Source of the DNA: Macrostomum hystrix
Lineage: Eukaryota > Animalia > Platyhelminthes
DNA length: 64,000 bases
Assembly: GCA_950097015.1 (NCBI GenBank)
Contig: CATNEN010000038.1
Span: 14,570,001-14,634,000, forward strand
Direction of reading: 5' to 3'
This document shows, in pieces, positions 50,805 through 63,930 of the stretch; the stretch's first letter is position 1, and each line of letters begins with the position of its first letter. The translations under genes and the position numbers were made by a program. Below the pieces are notes generated by a model. That model saw nothing but the letters and a program-made list of their open reading frames with translations, did not search any database and had not been told where the DNA came from.

Positions 50805-50985
50805 GCGCATCTGAAGGCTGCGTACGGCTGTTCAGTCCATGGACTGGGGGGACGCCACACCCACCCTCAATTACCACAGCTAATGCTGGTACCCATTTAA
50901 CAGCAATTCAGAAGTGTCTTGCTTAAGGACACAAACTATTCCAGTAGTCAGGAATCGAACCCTTGACCCTCAAGTAGTGAGTTAG
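50805..50985 (-). mobile_element. SINE family B copy
   Basis: gcgcatctgaaggctgcgtacggctgttcagtccatggactggggg...gctggtacccatttaacagc...gtgtcttgcttaaggacacaa...ggaatcgaaccc. Confidence 0.78.
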
Positions 50986-51939
50986 CGAATTAAAAAGGCC
51001 AGTAAAATTCAATAGTATTTTATCAACGGTGCCTTAAAGCTGATATAATTATTATTTATTAATTTTATTGGCTATAAACAAATAGAATTTGCACGAACAA
51101 CAACAAAATAGACGGGTTAAGCATATACAAAAAGGAGAGAATACGCATGTTACATATAGGAAGCCATCAGATACGCACAGGTTTATGCATGTAGATATAG
51201 GATATTAACGTCATCAATACACAATGCGACAGGTCAATTTGTCATCAATTAAAATATATACCACTTTTCTGTCGAATGGTAAAAACAAAAAGTTAAAATG
51301 AAATAGATATAACTGAGGGACAAGCCAGTATAAATAATTGTTAATCCCGTTTTTAAAGCATCGTCAACAGATGAAACAGAGAAATATAAAATGAATGTAT
51401 AAAGTAAAACAAAAACTCTGAAGAAATAAAAACCATTTGTTGGTAAAAATTTAGATCAGAAAAAATACAATACACAGACGAAGCCAATTAGCTGCAGTAG
51501 GCAGGTAGATTTTTATGTCTAGTCAGGTGAAATTGCATTATACGCATGATACACTACTTAGTCACAGTTTTGTCAGTAGTTTTTTGGTAATATTTATTCA
51601 CAATAAAATCGAGGGCATTGAAGCCGCTAAAAAATAACATGCAGCATTGCTTATGGAATTGACAGGGCGCTTGGTGTGGTTCTAATTAATTTGAATAAAC
51701 AAACAAAACAGTGAATTGTACATGCTAATGATAGACAGTTTACATTGGATTTACACAAAGCTATATTTCAAAGTAGAAAACTTTAACACTATACTGCATT
51801 ATAGTTTATTACAGCAACGAAGGGACGGAAATCAATGAGGCATTCGTTTTTTAAACAGAATATAAAAATATCGCCAGTTTTCACCAAAATTTGACCAAAG
51901 CTCCACGCTACCATAATCATACAATTAGATGCACACATA

Positions 51940-53372
51940 CTTATCGCTCTGTTGGGTGAAACAGTACCCTTCCTTATCTCTGTTGGGTGAAACTGTACCC
52001 TTCCTTATCTCTGTTGGGTGAAACTGTACCCTTCCTTATCGCTCTGTTGGGTGAAACAGTACCCTTCCTTATCTCTGTTGGGTGAAACAGTACCCTTCCT
52101 TATCTCTGTTGGGTGAAACTGTACCCTTCCTTATCTCTGTTGGGTGAAACTGTACCCTTCCTTATCTCTGTTGGGTGAAACTGTACCCTTCCTTATCTCT
52201 GTTGGGTGAAACTGTACCCTTCCTTATCTCTGTTGGGTGAAACTGTACCCTTCCTTATCTCTGTTGGGTGAAACTGTACCCTTCCTTATCGCTCTGTTGG
52301 GTGAAACTGTACCCTTCCTTATCGCTCTGTTGGGTGAAACTGTACCCTTCCTTATCTCTGTTGGGTGAAACTGTACCCTTCCTTATCGCTCTGTTGGGTG
52401 AAACTGTACCCTTCCTTATCGCTCTGTTGGGTGAAACTGTACCCTTCCTTATCTCTGTTGGGTGAAACTGTACCCTTCCTTATCGCTCTGTTGGGTGAAA
52501 CAGTACCCTTCCTTATCTCTGTTGGGTGAAACAGTACCCTTCCTTATCTCTGTTGGGTGAAACTGTACCCTTCCTTATCTCTGTTGGGTGAAACTGTACC
52601 CTTCCTTATCTCTGTTGGGTGAAACTGTACCCTTCCTTATCTCTGTTGGGTGAAACTGTACCCTTCCTTATCGCTCTGTTGGGTGAAACTGTACCCTTCC
52701 TTATCGCTCTGTTGGGTGAAACTGTACCCTTCCTTATCGCTCTGTTGGGTGAAACTGTACCCTTCCTTATCTCTCTGTTGGGTGAAACTGTACCCTTCCT
52801 TATCTCTCTGTTGGGTGAAACTGTACCCTTCCTTATCTCTCTGTTGGGTGAAACTGTACCCTTCCTTATCTCTCTGTTGGGTGAAACTGTACCCTTCCTT
52901 ATCGCTCTGTTGGGTGAAACTGTACCCTTCCTTATCTCTCTGTTGGGTGAAACTGTACCCTTCCTTATCGCTCTGTTGGGTGAAACTGTACCCTTCCTTA
53001 ACTTTCTGTTGGGTTCAACTATTCCCTTGTCTCTCTGTTGGGTGCAACTATTCCCTTATCGCTCTGTTGGGTGAAACTGTACCCTTCCTTATCTCTCTGT
53101 TGGGTGAAACTGTACCCTTCCTTATCTCTCTGTTGGGTGAAACTGTACCCTTCCTTATCTCTCTGTTGGGTGAAACTGTACCCTTCCTTATCTCTCTGTT
53201 GGGTGAAACTGTACCCTTCCTTATCGCTCTGTTGGGTGAAACTGTACCCTTCCTTAACTTTCTGTTGGGTTCAACTATTCCCTTGTCTCTCTGTTGGGTG
53301 CAACTATTCCCTTATCTCTCTGTTGGGTGAAACTGTACCTTCCTTATCGCTCTGTTGGGCGCAACCATTCCC
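51940..53372. repeat. 31/33-bp minisatellite (ctctgttgggtgaaactgtacccttccttat)
   Basis: About 44 tandem copies. Confidence 0.95.
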
Positions 53373-53613
53373 TGATCCTGAAATAAGAATTAGCAACAGA
53401 TCTGTCAGCATAGCTAATGGGAAAAATTATCCAAAAAACGTTAGGCTAAGCAGTAAGAGAATTTTTGTGAACAATAGCTAAACTAATAAGAGTTGTGACA
53501 ATCTTTGGAAGCAGGCGAGAAAGCGAGCAGCATTTACATGCAAAATTTGCATGGAATTGTTTATCTATACAAATCTGCTAATTAAATTTCTAAACTATCT
53601 CAGTAGCGACTGG

Positions 53614-55586
53614 CTACTGCTGCTCTGGCAGGCTGGACAAGTCCAGAGACCCCGAGGGTCCATCGTCGCCATTGTTGCCACAGTCGACTTGGCTGTCGCC
53701 GCAGCCAGCGGCTCCACCGCTCAGCCCAGTCAGGAAACAGTTGGTGATGTCCAATGGGCCGCCAGCGGGCGCCTTCGGGAGTGCCGGACCTCGAGATGCT
53801 GGCCTGGCAATTTAAATCCTTCGGATTTGCTGATACTGCTGACAGCTAAGCCACGCTAATCCGTTCTATCTACTTCCACTAATCCGTGCTATCTACTCCC
53901 ACTAATCCGTGCTATCTACTCCCACTAATCCGTGCTATCTACTCACACTAATCCGTGCTATCTACTTCCACTAATCCGTGCTATCTACTTCCACTAATCC
54001 GTGATATCTACTTCCACAAATCCGTGATATCTACTTCCACTAATCCGTGCTATCTACCCCCACTAATCTGTGCTATCTACTCACACTAATCCGTGCTCTC
54101 TACACACACTAATCCGTGCTATCTACTCACACTTATCCGTGCTATCTACTCCCACTTATCCATGCTCTCTACTCACACTAATCCGTGCTATCTACTTCCA
54201 CTAATCCGTGCTATCTACTTCCACTAATCCGTGATATCTACTTCCACTAATCCGTGATATCTACTTCCACTAATCCGTGATATCTACTTCCACTAATCCG
54301 TGCTATCTACCCCCACTAATCTGTGCTATCTACTCACACTAATCCGTGCTCTCTACACACACTAATCCGTGCTATCTACTCACACTAATCCGTGATATCT
54401 ACCCCCACTGATCCGTGCTCTCTACTCACATTAAATCGCCCTATCTTACTCACTCTAATTCACCAGATTTTACGCACTCAAATCAAATTAATCGACGCCA
54501 TTTAAATCTGCAGTATCCACATAGGAGCTCAACGATTTACTTAAAAATCAAACCTATGCATCCAAATGACCAATTTTACGTTTTGAAAATTATCTAACCT
54601 GGCGCCACCAAGGCTGGGTCCAGAAAAGTGGGCGCTCAACTGCGCCAAATCAAAGTTTCTTTCGCGCAGAGCCGCCAAATCAATGTACCGCCCGCTGGAT
54701 GGCCCGCCAATGCTGCCGCTAACACCGCCGTCTCTACTCGAGGCGTCGGCGTTGGCTGCTGTTGATGGACTCGATATTCCGCCTAGACGAGCTGACGAAG
54801 AATCAGCAGTGCCAGACAGCTGAGAAAATTATAATTAAATTGTAACTTGGGTAAAGCATGAAAAATACTAGTCACCGACTCAGCAGCGTGAATGGGATTT
54901 TAAAATTTTTTTATTTTTTTAATCTGCCTTTTTAACACAAATATCGATATAAAGATTTTATAACGATTATTGAAAACACTGATTAAAATAAAAGGAGTAA
55001 AATTTTATACTCACATCAAGATCTGTGGCCCCACCGCATCCCAGGTGGCCGGTGTGACGAAAATCTATTGGATCCCCGATCATGCTTGGATCGATTGGAC
55101 GCCGCTAAAATATAACGATAGTTAACTTTTTGTGCTAATTTTCTAATCAGTAGGTGACCACTGACCAGACAGTTTGATTTGAGGATTTGGGATCACTGAC
55201 AGTCTGATTTGAGGATCTGGGATGCGTAGCAGTCTGATTTGAGGATCCAGGATGTGTGACAGTCTGATTTAAGGATCTGGGATGACTGACAGTCTGATTT
55301 GAGGATCTGAGATGAGTGACAGTCTAATTTGAGGATCTGGGATAAGTGACAGTCGGATTTGAGGATCAATGATGAGTGACAGTCTGATGTGAGGATAAAT
55401 TATGAGTGACAGTCTGATTTGAGAATCAATGATGAGTGACAGTCTGATTTGAGGATGATTAAAAATATATCCAATAAATCTAATATAAAATCAACCAGTG
55501 TGATGGTTATCAGTTCTTCCAAGAGTAAATCTGGATCATACCTTACTAGGCACCCGCCTAGCACCAAAGCAGGACAACAAGCCCAT
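53614..55586 (-). CDS. CDC42SE: CDC42 small effector (SPEC/CDC42SE)-like CRIB protein, about 181 aa. Exons 55586-55542, 55104-55015, 54819-54599, 53803-53614
   Basis: Spliced translation MGLLSCFGARRVPSK|RRPIDPSMIGDPIDFRHTGHLGCGGATDLD|LSGTADSS...GGAR|PASRG...LPEQQ*. The CRIB motif IGDP.DF.H..H.G is preceded by a basic stretch and ID.SM, as in SPECs. All three introns are GT-AG and in phase. Confidence 0.87.
53857..54430. repeat. 23-bp intronic minisatellite (ctaatccgtgctatctacttcca)
   Basis: Tandem repetition. Confidence 0.92.
55168..55457. repeat. 30-bp intronic tandem repeat (gacagtctgatttgaggatctgggatgagt)
   Basis: About 10 imperfect copies. Confidence 0.9.
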
Positions 55587-57647
55587 TGATGATGATTTTC
55601 GCCTAGGCATCAATTAGCCAATGGGACTGCAATGCACTTCAGAGAGAGCTGTAATCAAATATTTAGGGTTTTAACCTGTTATATTTAAAAGCCTGTAGTT
55701 TGATCTAGTTATTGATACCAAGCTGTTTGCTGACCATTTATTTACTGGTTAAAAAAAATATGTTTCCTGTCACTCACTAAACTGCTTAACTTTAATGCAA
55801 ACAGCTTTACTGATTTGAAGTTTTTTCTGTTTATATATAGAAAGTTTTGAACTCTACATCATTTACAAAATACGAGAATGTATAATTATATCTTTCTATT
55901 TTATTTTCTATGCTCCTAACCTGCAAGACAAACAAATAATACTTTCCCTAAGTTAAAAACCATGACTAACCACAAAAATTTATAATACTAGGGCCTAGAT
56001 CATTGAGAATATATCTTTACTAACTATATAAATTGGTACTTCAAAAAATGCAATTATAGGCCTATCTTAAAATGTTATCTTGCAAATGCTAAGGTAATTA
56101 AAACAAAATAGTCAAACATGCCAATGTGGAATCAATTATAATTGCTGACATATAGGCCTAACAATAATGTTTAAAATAGTTTCAATTGCCAAAGCGCTAA
56201 GTAAGCTAGTTGGCTAGATAGGGAAATAGTTATTAATAAAAATTTTACTGTATCCCCAATTAGCCACACACTTCTCTATCTTAAACACAAACTCACACAT
56301 TAACTTAGGGTTGATCTTTCTAGACTATTTTCGGGAAGAAAACAGAAAGTAGATATAAAGAGCAATATATCCAATTAGCTTTTGTCTTTTGACTGGCTTA
56401 GCTGCTTCAGAGTGAGATAGCTAGGTATATTTAAATTTGGCATGATCATTAAGCAGTTGCCAGTCATGCTTAGCATTAACACTAGGCCCTGTTCCTATAA
56501 AAGTTAGCTTCACTCAGATAAGCTAATAACAATATAGTTCTATTCCAGTTTTGCTAGTAAGCTAACAAAAAACAATGGTAAATCAACAGAAAATAGCAAC
56601 TAGGCATAGCGCAATAGACAATTTAAATAAACAGCTTGGCCCTTGGGTGAAAAAAAGTATAAAAAAACATATTAGCCCTACCTATACATGTACTCTCTAT
56701 ACTTATAGTCTATACATATTATATTAGGCCTATCAATAATGTTGAGTGTGTTTATGAGTATATCCTTTATTCATAAAGCATTATCAACTTAGAACATAAA
56801 AACACTAGCTAAGCTAAGTTTAAATTTCGCAAAGACGGTGCATATACTTTTTTCACTTTGGCACAATACCAATTTATACAGAAAAAACTTTTAATAATTT
56901 TATAATTATATAGATAATATATAAACTAGCCTCTTTGCAAATACAGTTTAGCTAACTGTTCTCCACCGACAGGTTTAACTAACGATTAACATTATAACAT
57001 TAAATCTATAAGAAGTAACATAATGATAACTAGTCACATGTTATACAACAGTACTTTGGACGTTTGGCGTGGGTCCTATGTGGATCAAAAGGTCAAGCGC
57101 TGAAGTTATTATGATGATTAATTGCGGTAAAATAAAGAGTTAAATTCAGCCGTGGGTAATTGATTAATAGGTATAACAAAGAAAAATTGACAACATTTTA
57201 TATGGTTTGTCTTCTCATAGCGATAGAACAAAAAAACTAAAGAATATGCTCAGGGTTTTTATTAAGTTTCTCAAAAAATATTATTTTATACTGAAAAATT
57301 CGATAACTGAGTAGACGCACAAATTTAAATTTTCTAATCGCATGCCAGCATTTCATTTCATGTTGCTTACTTCAAAAGCAAAACTCTTCTTGAAATAGTT
57401 CACACGAAACCTCAGGTGAGATTCTCTGGACCTATTGTTTCTTTTTTCTTTCATATAATTTTTAGAGATAACAGGCGGTGCCTCAGGTGGCGGTGCCTGA
57501 GGCGGCAGGTGGTCGCCTCCGAGATAGCTATCTGCCATGGGTCGTCACAAAACCGCATAATTAATTTAAAATATTTTTTTGCAGACAGGGTTAGTAAATT
57601 ATGAAGGGACTGTTGTTATCTTAATTTTTGCTATGATAGTCAGCAAG

Positions 57648-57751
57648 GTCCTAGATCAAAGATCCTAGATCCAAGATCCTAGATCCAAGATCCTAGATCC
57701 AAGATCCTAGATCCAAGATCCTAGATCCATAATCCTAGATCCAAGATCCTT
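57648..57751. repeat. 14-bp tandem repeat (gatcctagatccaa)
   Basis: About 7 copies. Confidence 0.9.
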
Positions 57752-57972
57752 ACAACATAAGCGTGCCTTAACCATAGCATTCAGAATTACCATTAGAAAA
57801 CCCTATCTTGACACTATGTAGTTTTGATTCTGGATTTTATTTATTAATAAAGAAAATTTCGTGTCTTTTTTTTCTAAAAAAAAAGTATTTTTCGGATTGT
57901 AGTTACTCGCTTGAATTAATGGGACCAGTATCACAATTTTATAGGATCGAATATTTCCAAGAACCAGCGAAA

Positions 57973-58200
57973 ATGTCGTCGATCGAAGCAGCTAATCCTG
58001 ATAGAGCGACTGATAGCGCCAGTGTTGTATCGCAGCGGACGCTGAGAATACCCAAGGGATTCCAAGCGCTTTTGGAGGGCTTCGCTCGTGAGGTTCTACG
58101 CTCACAGCCGACAGATATTTACGCTTTCGGAGCCGCTTATTTCGATCGAATGGTCCAAGTCAGGTCCGGCACTTCGATCGTGGAGACGACTGATGTGTAA
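57973..58200 (+). CDS. SPA17: SPA17-like RIIa dimerisation/docking (D/D) domain protein, 75 aa if unspliced
   Basis: LRIPKGFQALLEGFAREVLRSQPTDIYAFGAAYF matches Sp17 YRIPQGFGNLLEGLTREILREQPDNIPAFAAAYF. A possible donor gtaaga overlaps the stop codon. Confidence 0.8.
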   Translation: MSSIEAANPDRATDSASVVSQRTLRIPKGFQALLEGFAREVLRSQPTDIYAFGAAYFDRMVQVRSGTSIVETTDV

Positions 58201-58435
58201 GATAAAGCGGGGAACTGGGAAATGCTCTGTTTAAAGATAAAAGCGAATGCAAAACTTTATTTTACACATTTAATCGACCCTGAAAGCAAGAAATATTAAG
58301 AATCGCAACATAGTAAACATTTGGAATTCACATGCAAGATTAATGTACGAAAAATATGTTTATACCTACATGATATTTAGGTGTAAGCGAGACAAGACAA
58401 GACGAGACAAGACGTGGCGAGACAACACTAAATTA

Positions 58436-58662
58436 AGGCGCAGCCGCCTAGAGAAGGCTTGGAGGCTTGTCGTGCAATTTACGCCCTTGAGTACCAACCT
58501 CCAAGGCACAGTGAAAGTGAACACTGCCTGACGATGAGAAAGTCAGGGCAGATGTACACACCTGTGTGAGCGTGTGCCTGCGTACGGTATCCGAGTGCCT
58601 CTGTGCTCAGGAGTCAGCGAAATGGGCAGAATTGCCTCCTCGCTGGCTGCGGGTCTAGTGTC
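58436..58662 (+). mobile_element. SINE family A copy, 5'-truncated
   Basis: Family body from ggcgcagccg to ggtctagtgtca. Confidence 0.85.
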
Positions 58663-59494
58663 ATAATATAATAAAAATATTCTAATGCATATATCGGCAT
58701 ATATTTCTCTATATAGCTAATTTCAAATAAAGGAGTTACAAAAAAACTAAAAAAAACTCAAACTTAATTCAGCGACACAGAAAAGTGTAACAAGAGGTTA
58801 CATTCTCAATCAGATGCTAATTTCATTTTTCGTCTCATGCTCGACTTCTGCTTGGCAAGCAAGTAGCTAAAAAAGACTGTTTTCTGATCGATCTTTCTAG
58901 ACACCAAGGCAATCAGCCAGCCAGCCAGCCAGCCAGACAGACAGTCGGGTGAAGTGATCCCACAGAGTGGCAAATTGTATTATGAATATTGGATTTCCCG
59001 GTTCACGCCAGCCCAAGAAATTTCAAACCAGACAAATATATTTTTACTCGAACTCTAGAGAAAATTTAGCCACATGTTCGCCACGTGGGACCGGCTCGAT
59101 CTGTATATCAGAGCTTTTTTCTAATCCCCACGTGGTTTGCTGGGAGCACACTTCAAGAGAGAATATTGAAGTTGCACTCGAAACTACGAGTTTGAAACCA
59201 ATTCAAAAAGCGACGAAGGGAGTGAAAGTGGAAAGTAAAATTTCTGTAACGGTTGTAAAAATTTTGTCATGCTTGACAACTAATAATTAGTCAGCTAGTC
59301 AACAAATAGTCAACAATAGTCAAATAATAACAAATAGTCAATAATTAGTCAACAAATAATTAGTCAGCTAGTAGGATAATTTTCCACCCATGGGGATAAT
59401 TTGTCAGCTAAGAGGATTATTTATCGGAGAGGTAGATAATTACTCAAGAAGAACTATCATTTGCCATCAGTGAGAAAAACTTGCCAAAAGGGAA

Positions 59495-60078
59495 AATAAT
59501 TAGTCCAATTGGGAACGATTAGTCAAATGGGGGATAATTAGTCAAATGGGGGGTAATTAGTCAAATGGGGAACAATTAGTCAAAAGGGGAGCAATTAGTC
59601 GAATGGGGAACAATTAGTCAAATGGGGAACAATTAATCCAATGGCGGACAATTAGTAAAATGGGGGGTAATTAGTCAAATGGGGGGTAATTAGTCAAATG
59701 GGGGATAATTAGTAAAATGGGGGGTAATTAGTCAAATGGGGGGTAATTAGTCAAATGGGGGGTAATTAGTCAAATGGGGAACAATTAATCCAATGGCGGA
59801 CAATTAGTAAAATGGGGGGTAATTAGTCAAATGGGGGGTAATTAGTAAAATGGGGGGTAATTAGTAAAATGGGGGGTAATTAGTCAAATGGGGGATAATT
59901 AGTCAAATGGGGGGTAATTAGTCAAATGGGGGATAATTAGTCAAATGGGGGGTAATTAGTCAAATGGGGGGTAATTAGTAAAATGGGGGGTAATTAGTCA
60001 AATGGGGGATAATTAGTCAAATGGGGGGTAATTAGTCAAATGGGGGATAATTAGTCAAATGGGGGGTAATTAGTCAAC
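59495..60078. repeat. 19-bp G-run minisatellite (attagtcaaatggggggta)
   Basis: About 30 tandem copies, with degenerate ttagtcaa units upstream to about 59290. Confidence 0.93.
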
Positions 60079-61167
60079 TGTGGATGACATCCATTTATTT
60101 AGATCATTTTCATTGGGTAACTTGTCAAATTGATGGAAAATGTGCAGAAGTAGCATGTTTTTTCTAATATTTAATAGTACACTTTGTACCTTTCATAAAT
60201 CAGCCGCCTTGTTTAGCAAAAACTGGATGTCCACCAACTCAATCAAACTTTTCCACCATTAACGATGAACTAGATAACAAAGACTATGCTATAAGCAATC
60301 AGCATGTTTCTATAGGTCTTCAAGTTCTAGTCCAATTCATTTCTTATCGACTAGAACATTTATGAGCCATCACCCTGTGATCCGCTTTCATCGATCTATA
60401 GTTTCTAATGCTATAGTTCAATGTGCCAAGCCAGAAGAAGAAGATGAAAATGATGATGTGAAAAAATGGAAATTTTTCCCATCCCAAAGCGGATTAAATC
60501 GATATTCCATTTCTCACGAGTCTCTCTGACCGTCAGTCCAAAGGCAAGTCCTTTTTCTGTCGCCCCATTCTTATAGCTACCATCTATTTTTATGCCTGAG
60601 CATACCTGAGCACCTGAGTGGGCTCAGCTAATCCTAATGCGGCTGCATATTTACTAACGATGAGTGGGTGAAAGCTGATGCAATGCACTGTGGGGTTAAC
60701 ATCTTCCAGTCCAGATTTCAATGCGATAATATGAGCCAGATTAAATATACGAGCGTAAGGCCTTCATATTCGCGAGAATTCAACTGATGACTGTCTAAAT
60801 CCAGTACGGATTAGGACCAGGTGTTAATATTTACATTGGATAAGTAATACCGACTCTAGCGTTAATCCATTTCGTGTAAAATTCTAACCTGATTGTGTCT
60901 CTAGATTAGCATGTTTTAAATAATCGTTACTAAACAGTTTTTAGGGTATAATTCTATAGAAATTTAGCTGAAACAATGTGTGCCAAGTGTCTAATGTGAT
61001 GTAATTGAACAATTCGCTAACTAAGGTAGACATTTTTCGAGTGTTTGGGATTTTGCCAACTCGATGGGATAATTTTCTGACAGAGGCGTAAAGTTCCAAA
61101 GCTTTGACTGTGACTGTTCTACCGTGTGGCTGCTACTATTATAATATATTATTATGTAATCGATAGC

Positions 61168-61400
61168 ATAATAATAATAATAATTGCAGGAGGGCTGCGG
61201 GCAGTGGCACATCATTTGGTGACACTAGACCCACAGCCAGCGAGGAGGCAATTCTGCCCATTTCGCTGACTCCTGAGCACACACGCACACAGATACTGTA
61301 CGCAGGCACACGCTCACACAGGTGTGTACATCTGCCCCGACTTTCTCATCGTCAGGCAGTGTACACTCTCACTGTACCTTGGAGATTGGCCCACAAGGGG
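61168..61400 (-). mobile_element. SINE family A copy (reverse, 5'-truncated)
   Basis: (taa)n tail followed by the reverse complement of the family body. Confidence 0.88.
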
Positions 61401-62789
61401 TAATCGATAGCAATCTTTCCAGCAAAGTCTTGAAAAGTTCTTTACAAAAAAAACAAAAATTTAGCTTCTAACTTATTGATGAATTGAAAACATTCAACTT
61501 TTTTCACCTCTGTCAAAAAATTAATTTCAGTTTTGCACTAGGGGTTACCTCTAGTATGATTAACTTACTCAAGAAAGCCCTGTGAAAATCAATACCCCCT
61601 GGTTAAATCACTGTTTACCAACCACAGAACAGAGAGATTGAGAAGTTTAGCGAGAGAAGAAGAGAACGAGGCTTTTGAGAGAAAAAATCTTCTAAAAGTT
61701 CAAATGGGAAACTGCGGCAAAACTGGGAAATTCTTCATCATTTTTCTCCCTTTCCTTGCGTCTCGCTAATGACCTCCTCGCAATAGTTGTTGCTGGCCAG
61801 AAGATTTCTGAAAGCATAAAGGTTTCGGCCTTGTCTGGTACAATAAATTGTGAGCAAGAAAAAGTACTCGTGTACTTTTAGGGCATCGGCCGAATGTCGA
61901 GTCGGATTTTTTAAATATGGCGTCAGTCTGAATATTTATATTTTAATTTTGGGTTACATAGTGATATTTGTTAATTATGAGTGCACTAAAATGTATTCAG
62001 TACAAACGCTGAACAGTACTTTACTCTAGACCAGACCAGACAGGGCCAGGAAACTCATCAGCCATGCAGCAGTACTATGCTCCCTAGCCAATATACGAGT
62101 ATACTTGCCTTTCAGACCGAAGCATGCAGAAGAAAAGAGCCGCAGAAAATTTCTGGTATCAATCATTTTATTCGCGGCATTCGACTCTTACAAGTATTTC
62201 TCTCCTCTCTGTCTCCCCTATGTGTGTGCCGTTTTTTCCGACAGATGTCTGGCTTTGACAATCTTTTGTTATAAATTTATGTCTCCCCTAAGAAATAATA
62301 TAAGACACATTAACTATGGAATATCAATCTATCATCATGAAAATCTCAAGTCCCTTCTCTATACGGTTAGCAGCCGAAGCTATACTCAAAGCAATGTACC
62401 GCAAAAGTCAGGAAATGAGCGGAGCCAGCCGTAATAAACTAGCCATTAGTTTAGCCCAACTATGTAGAAGACAGGAAAGGAAGCAAAGGAACGATGCGTC
62501 TCACATCCTAATAACACACCCGCGGGGAAAGAGAAAGATGGAACCTGATAAGATGGGAAAATACTGATTATGGGAGGCTAATTTAGTTGCACTCTCACTG
62601 ACTATACCCACCCAACTATCCACCAGCTCTGTTCCTGGTGCGACAGATATTGGGAAAATAATCTGAGCACTTCTTATCCTTAGTAGGAGGTAAGGATGTT
62701 GGGATTTATTATCTGCCTTCACATCATTCCCACACATCCTGCTCACACAACCTCTTTCCTCTCAACCCTTCTCACCTCACTTCATATTA

Positions 62790-63520
62790 ACACCTCTATT
62801 CTCACCCTCTCTATTCTCACCCTCTCTATTCTCGCCCTCTCTATTCTCACTGTCTCAATTCTCATCCTATCTAATCTCACCCTCTCTATTCTCACCCTCT
62901 CTTTTCTCACCCTCTCTATTCTCGCCCTCTCGATTCTCACCCTCTCGATTCTCACCCTCTCTATTCTCACCCTCTCTATTCTCACCCTCTCTTTTCTCAC
63001 CCTCTCTATTCTCACCCTCTCTATTCTCACACTCTCTATTCTCGCCGTCTCTATTCTCACCCTCTCTTTTCTCACCCTCTCTATTCTCGCCCTCTCGATT
63101 CTCACCCTCTCGATTCTCACCCTCTCTATTCTCACCCTCTCGATTCTCACCCTCTCTATTCTCACCCTCTCTATTCTCGCCCTCTCTATTCTCACCCTAT
63201 CAAATCTCACCCTCTCTATTCTCACCCTCTCTATTCTCACCCTCTCTATTCTCGCCCTCTCTATTCCCACTGTCTCTATTCTCATACTATCTAATCTTGC
63301 CCTCTCTATTCTGGCCCTCTCTATTCTCACCCTCTCTATTCTCATTATCTCTATTCTCACCCTCTCTATTCTCGCCCTCTCTATTATCACCCTCTCTATT
63401 CTCACCCTCTCTATTCTCACCCTATCAAATCTCACCCTCTCTATTCTCACCCTCTCTATTCTCACCGTCTCTATTCTCACTGTCTCTATTCTCACCCTCT
63501 GTCTACTCACCCATTCTCTC
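62790..63520. repeat. 15-bp minisatellite (ctcaccctctctatt)
   Basis: About 48 tandem copies. The LTLSI and RIERV ORFs are artefacts. Confidence 0.95.
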
Positions 63521-63930
63521 TCCTCTGTACTCTTTCTCAACTGGTCTCTAGCCCTTTTCTAATCTCTCCGTTGCCCCATTATTCTGATCTCCTTTACATT
63601 TCGCCAACAAGTTACAGTCGCATTATTCACCACACTGCTTTGTTAAACCACGCCCAACTTTTGAAGTTTTTTTAAGCTTGAAGCCTGAAAAAAACTTCAT
63701 TATCGAACAGCCACAATTGGAGCAAGAAATCAGTATTCCATCACTGAGTTTACATTTTTTAGATTTTATTGGGGATGGAAATTTTACACCCCATTGAAGC
63801 GAAAATAACAATACATTTTGCAACAGAATTCCTTGCCTTTTTCTATCATTATTTCTTACCTTTAACATATCAGTTCACTTCCACATCATCTTGAACTGTT
63901 CCGCTTCACTGTTTCCATCAGTGAACATTT

